Part shown: positions 16,403 through 24,401 of the stretch, in pieces
How positions within the stretch are numbered: position 1 is the stretch's first letter
How the letters are laid out: every line of letters starts with the position of its first letter
Origin: an uncultured Candidatus Poseidoniales archaeon
GTDB lineage: Archaea > Thermoplasmatota > Poseidoniia > Poseidoniales > Poseidoniaceae
Direction: 5' to 3'
DNA length: 52,270 nt
Assembly (NCBI GenBank): GCA_964526445.1
Contig: CAZGIY010000002.1
Coordinates: 1 to 52,270, forward strand
Made by a program: the position numbers and the translations under genes
Notes under the pieces: generated by a model
Seen by the model: only the letters and a program-made list of their open reading frames with translations
Databases searched by the model: none
What the model was told of the DNA's origin: nothing

Positions 16403-17431
16403 ATGGGAGAGGACTCACAAAAGCTAGGCAATCTTGACCCCAAGAGGGCCAAAGATATGGAGGAGGAGTTGAATGCAACCCTTCGCAGACAAGTTGAACG
16501 TCTATTGCCAGTTCCACTTCCATTTTCTGATTTCTGGGGTAGAAGCGCTGAGTTGTTAGACTATCTTGAGGGTGAATTGAATCGTACCGTCCGCGTCGAA
16601 GGTCACAATCTCCGTTCCCATACAGCCAGTAGAAGACAGGCAAATGTTCGAAGGACATTAACGGAACTTGCTCGCAAAAGATTGGTGGCTTTGTTGAATC
16701 ATGCAGTCTCCTCAGATTTCAGACCCGAAGGCGGTGCTGATCCGGCAGGCATCCCATCTTTGGATTGGAACAAGCACGATGCTGCAGAGAAACAGTTCTA
16801 CAATCAATGCGTGCGATTAGTGGAGTCATTCAAATCCAGTGTTGATTGGGTGGAAATGCAAAGTGGTGCTGGTGCAGTTGAACATATTCCGCAAGTGAGT
16901 CAAGGGACCAAACAATTGGATGATTTCGTGGAAAAACCTGGTGGATTGACAGGGCGTGGGCCCCCGCCAATTGAGATTATAATGCAACAAGAAGTAAAGA
17001 TTGAAGATTTTGAAGAAGATGAAGAAGCGAGAATCGCTAGAATCGAAGCCTTTCCAGAAATGATGGAAATGGCTAACCAACCTCCTCCTACAGAAGATAG
17101 ATCGCCAATAGATGAAAACCCAGTATTTGTTCCTGAGAAGAAATCTACCATGACTTTGGATGACCTCGTATCTACGGGCGTCACTCAAAAAGTCGAAATC
17201 GAACCTTTAGAGGAGGAAGCCCAACCTCAAGAACCTCCATCTGATAGCGAAAATCAAGGCAGTAAAGGCTCAGTTGAATTGTTGCGAATCAGAATATTGC
17301 AATCATCAGATGAACCGATTGCAACCGCTGATGGAGAAATCGATCTAGAGGCAGGTGATGTCCATCAATTGGAGCAAAAAATAGCAGATTACTTGATTCA
17401 AGCAGGTGTTGCAGAAGCAGCCCCACTATGA
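16403..17431 (+). CDS. GINS51-like replication protein with a long acidic linker insertion (tentative)
   Basis: The N-terminus 'LLPVPLPFSDFWGRSAELLDYLEGEL ... LTELARKRLVALLNHA' fits the GINS A-domain pattern (LP-x-DF ... R-x-x-K-I/L-x-x-x-A). The C-terminus 'VELLRIRILQSSDEPIATADGEIDLEAGDVHQLEQKIADYLIQAGVAE' fits the small B-domain. The start could be ATG 16403 or 16457 (the track start at 16346 is TTG). Confidence 0.4.
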   Translation: MGEDSQKLGNLDPKRAKDMEEELNATLRRQVERLLPVPLPFSDFWGRSAELLDYLEGELNRTVRVEGHNLRSHTASRRQANVRRTLTELARKRLVALLNHAVSSDFRPEGGADPAGIPSLDWNKHDAAEKQFYNQCVRLVESFKSSVDWVEMQSGAGAVEHIPQVSQGTKQLDDFVEKPGGLTGRGPPPIEIIMQQEVKIEDFEEDEEARIARIEAFPEMMEMANQPPPTEDRSPIDENPVFVPEKKSTMTLDDLVSTGVTQKVEIEPLEEEAQPQEPPSDSENQGSKGSVELLRIRILQSSDEPIATADGEIDLEAGDVHQLEQKIADYLIQAGVAEAAPL

Positions 17432-17438
17432 ATACGCA

Positions 17439-17768
17439 TCAATTGGCGTGGCGAAGTGAAATCTCGATTGAAACAGTATCCGGAATCGGTAACTTCAGGA
17501 CTTTGCGTAGAGCAGTTTCATCCTTACTTGTGCCGACCTTCATTTCCAACATACGCTTGTGGATTCTCATCTCCCAATGGTCCCAAGTTTCACTACCTTC
17601 TCCATCAGGGCTTTTGCGGCACGGAACCACGAGTCTCCTAGTGGGCAGAGGAATAGGTCCCCTTAGTTTGATGTCTGCACTGTCGCAGATGCTCTTTATC
17701 TGGCTGCATACGTAATCGACATCGCGGTGATTCTCACCGGTTAATTTGATGATTGTAACGCCCGCCAA
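17439..17768 (-). CDS. rps10: 30S ribosomal protein S10 (uS10)
   Basis: 'IKLRGPIPLPTRRLVVPCRKSPDGEGSETWDHWEMRIHKR' is the canonical uS10 core. It lies immediately downstream of EF-1alpha, as in most archaea. TTG start (uncertain). Confidence 0.9.
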   Translation of the reverse strand: MAGVTIIKLTGENHRDVDYVCSQIKSICDSADIKLRGPIPLPTRRLVVPCRKSPDGEGSETWDHWEMRIHKRMLEMKVGTSKDETALRKVLKLPIPDTVSIEISLRHAN

Positions 17769-17811
17769 ATGATCACGCCTTCCTTGTCATCTCCACTTCG
17801 TGCTGATCGAA

Positions 17812-19101
17812 TCACTTCTTATCGATCTTCATACAAACGCCAGCAGCGACGGTCTTACCCATGTCGCGGATAGCGAAGCGGGACAACTCTGGGAAGGTGT
17901 CCATCTGCTCGATTGCCATTGGCTTGGTAGGTTGGAAACGAATTAGACATGCATCTCCAGTCTTGAGGAAGGAAGGATTTGCTTCTTTGCCATTCTTGTT
18001 TGTCTTCTCCAACAACTCAAGGAAGCGTACAGCGACCTGAGCGGTGTGAGCGTGGAAAACAGGAGAGTATCCAACGGATACTGCCTTAGGGATATCCATC
18101 AACTGAATCTGTCCGACGAAACTCTCATCGTGGCGAACGAACATTGGCTCGCTATCGCCGTATCCAGCAACGTCTCCACGGCGGATGTCGGTTGCAGCCA
18201 ATCCACGGACGTTGAATCCAACGTTGTCCCCTGGCTCAGCCTTGGGTACGTGGGTGTGGTGCATTTCAATCGACTTGACCTCAGCACTCTTTTGGCTTGG
18301 GTTGAAGACGACGTTCTTTCCAGCGTGCAGAATACCAGTCTCGATCTTTCCGACAGGAACAGTTCCGATTCCACTGATTTTGTATACATCCTGAATAGGT
18401 AGACGTAGTGGCTTGTCGACCGGCTTTGGTGGCATCTCTATGCTATCGATTGCCTCGAATAGAGTTGGGCCACTGTACCATGGTGCTTTGTCGGACTTGT
18501 TGAAGACGTTGTCTCCATCCAAAGAGGACGCAGGAATCATTTGTACATCATCAGGGTTGAATCCAGCCATTTTTAGCAAGTCTCCAACTTCCTTACAGGT
18601 AGCCTTGTACTTGTCTTCGCTCCAATCAACACCAGAGATATCCATCTTGTTGACGTGGACGATTAGTTGCTTGACACCTAGAACACGAGCCAAGAAAGCG
18701 TGCTCCTTGGTCTGTGCGTTGACACCATCATTAGCAGCACATAGTAGAACAGCAGCATCTGCTTGGCTCGCACCGGTGATCATGTTCTTGACGAAATCTC
18801 GGTGCCCTGGGGCATCGATAACGGTCCAGTAGTACTTTGGAGTAAAGAATTCCTTGTGCGCGACATCGATGGTAATTCCACGCTCACGCTCTTCCTTTAG
18901 TCCATCCATAACATATGCAAACCCGAAACCGGCTTTGCCGCGCTCAGAAGCTTCCTTTTCGAACTTCTCAATAACGTGTTCTTCTATGTGCCCACTATCT
19001 AGTAGTAGGCGTCCTACGGTCGTCGATTTTCCATGGTCTACGTGACCGATGAAAACTATGTTTAGGTGCGGCTTGCTCTTATCTTCCCACTGAGAACCCA
19101 T
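17812..19101 (-). CDS. tuf: Translation elongation factor EF-1alpha (aEF1A)
   Basis: '[24 protein letters not shown]', 'DAPGHRDF' and 'NKMD' are the GTPase motifs. ATG at 19101 is preceded by AAGGAGTG (the track start at 19110 is GTG). Confidence 0.95.
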   Translation of the reverse strand: MGSQWEDKSKPHLNIVFIGHVDHGKSTTVGRLLLDSGHIEEHVIEKFEKEASERGKAGFGFAYVMDGLKEERERGITIDVAHKEFFTPKYYWTVIDAPGHRDFVKNMITGASQADAAVLLCAANDGVNAQTKEHAFLARVLGVKQLIVHVNKMDISGVDWSEDKYKATCKEVGDLLKMAGFNPDDVQMIPASSLDGDNVFNKSDKAPWYSGPTLFEAIDSIEMPPKPVDKPLRLPIQDVYKISGIGTVPVGKIETGILHAGKNVVFNPSQKSAEVKSIEMHHTHVPKAEPGDNVGFNVRGLAATDIRRGDVAGYGDSEPMFVRHDESFVGQIQLMDIPKAVSVGYSPVFHAHTAQVAVRFLELLEKTNKNGKEANPSFLKTGDACLIRFQPTKPMAIEQMDTFPELSRFAIRDMGKTVAAGVCMKIDKK

Positions 19102-19247
19102 GTCGTTCACTCCTTGGTGCGACCCGCCGACCGGACATCACTATATCAATACCGCGACGCGATAACTATCCTAGATGCACCGCATTTGCTATATTTTCAT
19201 CCCTTGGAAGCGTAATTCCTTAGAACGTCCATGTAATATTTACACCG

Positions 19248-20831
19248 ATGCAGGGGCGGGGCGCGACCAAAATTGGCGGCGGCGGCGGTTTTTGGGGAGA
19301 TCAGGTATTCGCCCCAATCGATTTGTTGGTTGGAGAAGAATTGGATTACCTAACCATGGATTATCTAGCGGAAGTCACTATGTCGATCTTGGCCAAACAA
19401 AAAGCCCGAGATCCTGAGAAAGGCTGGGCAACAGACCTTTTGGATTGGTTGAAAGCCGGCGGTATTTCTTTGTTACATGAAAAGAAGACACGCCTAGTAA
19501 CTAATGCAGGAGGCGCAAACCCTCATGCCTGTGCAGAAGCAGTCTTGGCTCTGGCCTGCGAAATTGGGTGGGTTGATTGCCGAATCGCTATGGTTTCAGG
19601 AGATGATGTATTACCATTAATCGACGACGTTCTAGATGGCGGAAGATCTGTTGAACACATGGATTCCGGCCTCCTTCTCTCCAGAGTAAGGGATGAACTT
19701 GTATCCGCCAATGCTTATCTTGGTGCTGGATCCATCGCCCAGGCACTTGAACGCGGAGCGGATATCGTAATCACAGGGCGTGTGGCGGATGCAAGTCTAA
19801 TTGTTGGAAGCATGTTGCATTCGCAAGGTTGGGCATCTCGTGCCGTGGATAAAGGTCTACAGATGTTTTCTCTTGTCGAGGATTGGGCACCTGTAGACAT
19901 CAAGAATCCGTTAGATGTACTCGCTGGATGGACTTTAGCAGGACATTTAATTGAGTGCGGGGCTCAAGTCACAGGAGGTAATTCAAGCGATTGGGAAGTG
20001 ATTCCTAATTTAGCAGATGTCGGATACCCGATTGCTGAAATTAATCGAGATGGAACAGCGTTCATAACCAAGTTAGAAGGTACGGGCGGAAGCGTCACAA
20101 GAAGGACAGTCGCTGAACAGATGCTGTATGAAATTGGTGACCCGACAGCCTATATGACGCCAGACGTGGTCGTCGACCTTTCACAAACTGAACTAAAGAA
20201 TGCTGGAAAAGACAGGGTCTTGGTTTCGGGAACTCGCGGAAAACCAGCCCCTCCAACATTGAAGGTTTCTTCCAATCACAAAGATGGATGGTTCGCAGCA
20301 GGAGATTTGATTATTCCTGGGCCGGATGCTAGAGGACGAGCAGAAAGAACCGATTTGGTGCTACGAGAGAGATTATCTGATCTAGAAGGATTGGAGATTT
20401 ACACCGAGTTCTTTGGCGCGGGAGCTTCTTTACCAAACGGGCTTCAACATTTAGCAGTTGAACCAAGTGAAATCAATGTTAGATGGGCTGCTAAGAGCCA
20501 TATGCGTTCGGAAGTCATAGAATTCTCGAGAGCCATAGCCCCATTGGTTCTGACCGGTCCTGCTGGAGTTGCAGGATATACTGCTAGAGCCAGGCCGCGT
20601 GAGCAACTGCGTTTCTTCCCGTTCTTGTTACAAAGAGAGTTGGTGGAGCCCCGTATCCAGATAACCATGATGCAGACTCTACATTTAAGGCTCAAAGAGA
20701 TGGATCCGCGATTAGATGGAGTATTGGCGAGGATTCAGAAGATGGCAGCGGGGGAACCCGAAGGGTTGTGGCGTCGAAGAGTAGCAAGACGGGTATTGAG
20801 AAGGCTTGAGCGCCCATCGGTCAAGAACTGA
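19248..20831 (+). CDS. AtuA-like protein (DUF1446 family)
   Basis: 'IGGGGGFWGDQVFAPIDLLVGEELDYLTMDYLAEVTMSIL' matches the characteristic AtuA/DUF1446 N-terminus. The size (527 aa) is typical, and the usual small partner gene follows. Confidence 0.65.
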   Translation: MQGRGATKIGGGGGFWGDQVFAPIDLLVGEELDYLTMDYLAEVTMSILAKQKARDPEKGWATDLLDWLKAGGISLLHEKKTRLVTNAGGANPHACAEAVLALACEIGWVDCRIAMVSGDDVLPLIDDVLDGGRSVEHMDSGLLLSRVRDELVSANAYLGAGSIAQALERGADIVITGRVADASLIVGSMLHSQGWASRAVDKGLQMFSLVEDWAPVDIKNPLDVLAGWTLAGHLIECGAQVTGGNSSDWEVIPNLADVGYPIAEINRDGTAFITKLEGTGGSVTRRTVAEQMLYEIGDPTAYMTPDVVVDLSQTELKNAGKDRVLVSGTRGKPAPPTLKVSSNHKDGWFAAGDLIIPGPDARGRAERTDLVLRERLSDLEGLEIYTEFFGAGASLPNGLQHLAVEPSEINVRWAAKSHMRSEVIEFSRAIAPLVLTGPAGVAGYTARARPREQLRFFPFLLQRELVEPRIQITMMQTLHLRLKEMDPRLDGVLARIQKMAAGEPEGLWRRRVARRVLRRLERPSVKN

Positions 20832-20843
20832 ATTGGTGTTTAG

Positions 20844-21212
20844 ATGACCGATAAAATCAGTATTCCCTTATCATCAATCGCACATGGTAGAAGTGGGGAC
20901 AAAGGTGACATGGTCAATATCGGGTTAATCGCTCATCGAAAAGAATGGTTTCCATTGCTACAAGAATGCGTTACTGTAAATTGGCTTAAACAAGTATTCG
21001 AGGGCATGGTGGTCGGTGAAATCGTGATACATTCAGTACCTGGTATCGGGGCCTTGAACTGCGTCCTCAATGGAGCCTTACAGGGTGGAGGAACTGTTGC
21101 TTTGCGTAAGGATGCTCAAGGCAAGATGATGGGGCAAGTCATACTGCAAGCAGAGGTCGAGGTCGATGTAGAAAAGGCTCAGAAGTTAGCGATACCCGGG
21201 ATTCAAGCATGA
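20844..21212 (+). CDS. DUF4387-like small partner of the AtuA-like protein
   Basis: 'IAHGRSGDKGDMVNIGLIA' and 'GGGTVALRKDAQGK' match the family signature. It lies 12 nt downstream of the DUF1446 gene. Confidence 0.6.
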   Translation: MTDKISIPLSSIAHGRSGDKGDMVNIGLIAHRKEWFPLLQECVTVNWLKQVFEGMVVGEIVIHSVPGIGALNCVLNGALQGGGTVALRKDAQGKMMGQVILQAEVEVDVEKAQKLAIPGIQA

Positions 21213-21251
21213 ACCTCCTTGTTCCAAACCCAAATCGCACTATATTGCAAA

Positions 21252-21625
21252 TCATTCAATATTGAGTTGCCAGTTGACACCGAACCGGTCTTCAACCCAT
21301 GCAAATAGTGTGGAAAAACCGTAATCCCCAGCAGGCATGTACACCTTGCCCTGGTCGCCAATCGCAGATGCCAGAGAATGTAACTCTTCTTCGTCCTCTA
21401 GAGTGATGAAGAAGGAAATGCCGGGAGTAATACCCCACTCGTGAGAGATGAAACTATCACTGATCATAATTCTTGACCTTTGACTGTGAAGGCGGCCAAC
21501 ATAATGAGGTCACTGTGTGGCTCACCATGGTGTTTTAGAGAATGAAGGGAAAAACTTGGGAAGATGTTTTTGTAGAAATCAAGCGCTTCTTGAGCGCGCT
21601 TTTCAATGGTGATGAAAGGGCGCAT
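21252..21625 (-). pseudogene. PhnB/VOC-like (glyoxalase-fold, COG2764-type) gene interrupted by a 1-nt frameshift
   Basis: The 5' fragment 21625-21464 translates to 'MRPFITIEKRAQEALDFYKNIFPSFSLHSLKHHGEPHSDLIMLAAFTVKGQEL*'. At 53 aa it is too short for the track. The 3' fragment 21467-21252 reads 'MISDSF...YMPAGDYGFSTLFAWVEDRFGVNWQLN' in another frame. Joined, they give a normal ~125-aa domain. Confidence 0.7.
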
Positions 21626-21666
21626 TGGACATCTCCCTCCAATCTAGTTTAGAGTAGGGTTTTTTC

Positions 21667-22848
21667 TCACTTGTATTGTAATTCAATACTGAAAGAAACC
21701 CCATCAGCATCATAGGCGTTAGCATTGATGATTTTGATTTGCCAATCCCCATCTTCGTAGGTGTCAATCACATACTGAGTGATTTCCAAAGATACACACT
21801 GATGGTTTTCATCAGTTGAGCAACCTTGTCCACGTTCCATCGAGGTGGTGTTGATGACTTCTTCATCACTTTCATTGTACATGTAAATGTTCAACTCATG
21901 GTTTGGGTTACCTGCAACCCAATCATCGTCTTCTGTTGGATAGACCAGTAGCATATTCACACGCTTGATTTTATTGTTGATTTCTCTATCATAGACGAAT
22001 GTCGATTCAAAGACTAATTCTCCGCCATCAGTCTGGTTACCATTGACATGCAGTTCTTCCCATCCGCCTTTGTAGTGAACATAAACCCACACTTCTTCAC
22101 TGCTGCAGCCACCTTCATTATTGCACACGGTCAATGAAATCTCTCTTTCACCAATGGGTAACTCCTTCCATTCGAAAGTCTCTCCACACCCTTGTTGTTC
22201 ACAATCGTTGTCATCATCTTCAATTCCGTTCCCATCGCTGTCTACGTTAACATTCAGGTCCCAGTACCAATCGGTGATGTAGTGATTGGTACTACCAGAA
22301 TCACTTGCTGAACCATCCAGAGTAACGGTGGTTTCAACTTTGGTGGTTCTGTCTCCAGCATCTTTGTCATCTTCACATATGTAGATTAGATAGAAATCAC
22401 CATCCGGCGCTTCATCACCGTCACAATCAGCATCGGGAGTTAATGAACCGGCATCCGCAACCGGCATAACAGCATCTTTAGGAATGACGATTATTTCCTT
22501 TGTACTACTATCTTCATTATATCCGTCAGAAACTGTCAACGTCACCTCATAAGTTCCTTCTTCGGCATATACATTATCCGCATTATTTCCTGAAGCATCA
22601 GATTTGCCATTACCATCAAAGTCCCATCTATAAGTTAAGGATCCATCTTGTGGCAACGAAGAGTTGCCGTTGAATGTGACTGTGGTTCGACCTGCTTGGA
22701 TGGATGTTTTTGGGGTCCAGTCAAAGATGGCTTCAACCGATAAATTGACTTCAGACCCCTCTTCAGAGAAGATACATCCAGTCAATGTTGAGGTCAACAC
22801 AATCATCGTCAGCAAAGCTGCTATGTGGGTAGAGAATGGCCTCATCAT
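21667..22848 (-). CDS. Secreted/lipobox-like anchored protein with a PKD domain
   Basis: ATG-ATG at 22848 gives 'MMRPFSTHIAALLTMIVLTSTLTGC' (signal plus L-T-G-C). 'YRWDFDGNGKSDASGNNADNVYAEEGTYEVTLTVSDG' is a PKD signature. The track start at 22908 is a TTG abutting the upstream stop. Confidence 0.7.
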   Translation of the reverse strand: MMRPFSTHIAALLTMIVLTSTLTGCIFSEEGSEVNLSVEAIFDWTPKTSIQAGRTTVTFNGNSSLPQDGSLTYRWDFDGNGKSDASGNNADNVYAEEGTYEVTLTVSDGYNEDSSTKEIIVIPKDAVMPVADAGSLTPDADCDGDEAPDGDFYLIYICEDDKDAGDRTTKVETTVTLDGSASDSGSTNHYITDWYWDLNVNVDSDGNGIEDDDNDCEQQGCGETFEWKELPIGEREISLTVCNNEGGCSSEEVWVYVHYKGGWEELHVNGNQTDGGELVFESTFVYDREINNKIKRVNMLLVYPTEDDDWVAGNPNHELNIYMYNESDEEVINTTSMERGQGCSTDENHQCVSLEITQYVIDTYEDGDWQIKIINANAYDADGVSFSIELQYK

Positions 22849-22908
22849 GTAATCCTCGGCAATCCGCCAGCCATCAAGGATTCGCCTAATAGCGCTGAAA
22901 TTGTGCAA

Positions 22909-24360
22909 TCAATGCTGTTTTCGCGAGATTGCGATTGCCGCAATGAAGAATGCAACCACCATCAGTTCAAATGAAGTCCAGGGAAGATTCATGTCAACTT
23001 CTTCGGCGATGCCATCCGCATTTGCCAATCCTAGATCGTAATCCCAAAGATGGGCATCTCCTTCACACGCCATCTCGATACCATCTCCGGTTGAAATTTC
23101 ATTCAATGGAGCCACGTCGTTGTAGTAGAATGTGCATTCGGAAGTGCCGTAATCATCGGTTATGCTGACCGCTGCTCCAGAGTCGCTACTCGCCGCGCCG
23201 ATGTCTACTCCAACAGCCTTGGTTCTGATATCCTCGAACGTCTCATCGTCATATTCTTCTGAGTAAAGTATGACCTCAGCCCCATTCATTCCATATGTCG
23301 CATTGAATTGTGTCTGAACAGTATAATTTCCATGAGTATTGTTGGCCCAAAAATCGCTTTCAAGGTAAAGAGGCATTCCAACACTTTCTGCTTTATTGAT
23401 CCAAGAAGGCTTCTTTGGAGAATCAGTGCCGATAGTCATCAAGAGTTTCATTCCACTACTGTTGCTTGCCTTACCACCAATGAGATTGTTATCACTATCG
23501 AAATACATCGAAACTGAGATGTCTTCACCATCAATACTGTGATCTAAACTCACTTTAACAGCACGTTGTCCATCTTCATCAGGAAAGCGTTCTGCTTCAG
23601 AGGAGAAATCAATCGTGGAATCATCTTGTATTTCTGCTGCGATTTCATGATGCAGGAAACAGAATGGAACAGTGTCTACGAACATGGCATCTTCATCATT
23701 GAACAAAATGTCAGCCGGCTCTCCTCCAAGTGAAGTGAATCCGGCCTTGCTACTTTCATCCATACTTCTCCATGCAACTTCGTTTTCGGACATCCATACA
23801 TCCATAGATACTGGCATTGGAAAACCATCGGAAACGATTTTCATGTCGACTTCAGCCAATGCTGTCGAATCACTAGCGGATAATTTCGTATCCATTTCGA
23901 GGCTGAACGAACCTAGAAATTCATCCTCAACCTCACTAATTTCGAGTTCAACATCACATGACCAACCATCTACTTCACCATTCATCACTTCTTCTTGTGT
24001 AGGTTGTGCTAGCGCGTGTTCAACGAATTGTGTTCTAGAGTATGGGTCAGGATCAAGCATCGGGTCGATGACGAATTCATACGCTCCCCAACCGCCACCA
24101 GCAGCAACTAACAATCCAACTATGCTGATAATTACCAACTTCCCTTTTCCACCTGATGTGTTCATCTGATCTCCAGTCATCCACATTGCAGCACCGGGGT
24201 CTCCTGGAATTTGTTGTTGCATGAACGGTTGTTGCGTCGTTGCTGGCGCGACTTGTTGCATAGCTGGAGCAACTGCTTGTTGCATCATTGGCGCATTACT
24301 TGGTATCCATTGGGTCCCGTCCCACATGAATTGGCCATCGGGGGATAATTCTCCGACCAT
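22909..24360 (-). CDS. Bitopic membrane protein of unknown function (Gln/Pro-rich cytoplasmic N-terminus, large ectodomain, C-terminal TM)
   Basis: ATG at 24360 is preceded by GGAGGGGTGA. TM1 is 'LVIISIVGLLVAAGGGWGAYEFVI'. The extreme C-terminus is 'LPWTSFELMVVAFFIAAIAISRKQH'. Confidence 0.6.
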   Translation of the reverse strand: MVGELSPDGQFMWDGTQWIPSNAPMMQQAVAPAMQQVAPATTQQPFMQQQIPGDPGAAMWMTGDQMNTSGGKGKLVIISIVGLLVAAGGGWGAYEFVIDPMLDPDPYSRTQFVEHALAQPTQEEVMNGEVDGWSCDVELEISEVEDEFLGSFSLEMDTKLSASDSTALAEVDMKIVSDGFPMPVSMDVWMSENEVAWRSMDESSKAGFTSLGGEPADILFNDEDAMFVDTVPFCFLHHEIAAEIQDDSTIDFSSEAERFPDEDGQRAVKVSLDHSIDGEDISVSMYFDSDNNLIGGKASNSSGMKLLMTIGTDSPKKPSWINKAESVGMPLYLESDFWANNTHGNYTVQTQFNATYGMNGAEVILYSEEYDDETFEDIRTKAVGVDIGAASSDSGAAVSITDDYGTSECTFYYNDVAPLNEISTGDGIEMACEGDAHLWDYDLGLANADGIAEEVDMNLPWTSFELMVVAFFIAAIAISRKQH

Positions 24361-24401
24361 GTTCACCCCTCCCCATGCATATTATTGACTGTTTCACAGG
24401 C

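Noticed and set aside
16149-16658. A 169-aa minus-strand ORF spanning the divergent promoter region.
   Set aside because: It overlaps both the start of the giant gene and the GINS-like gene. It has no recognisable features and would leave no promoter space.
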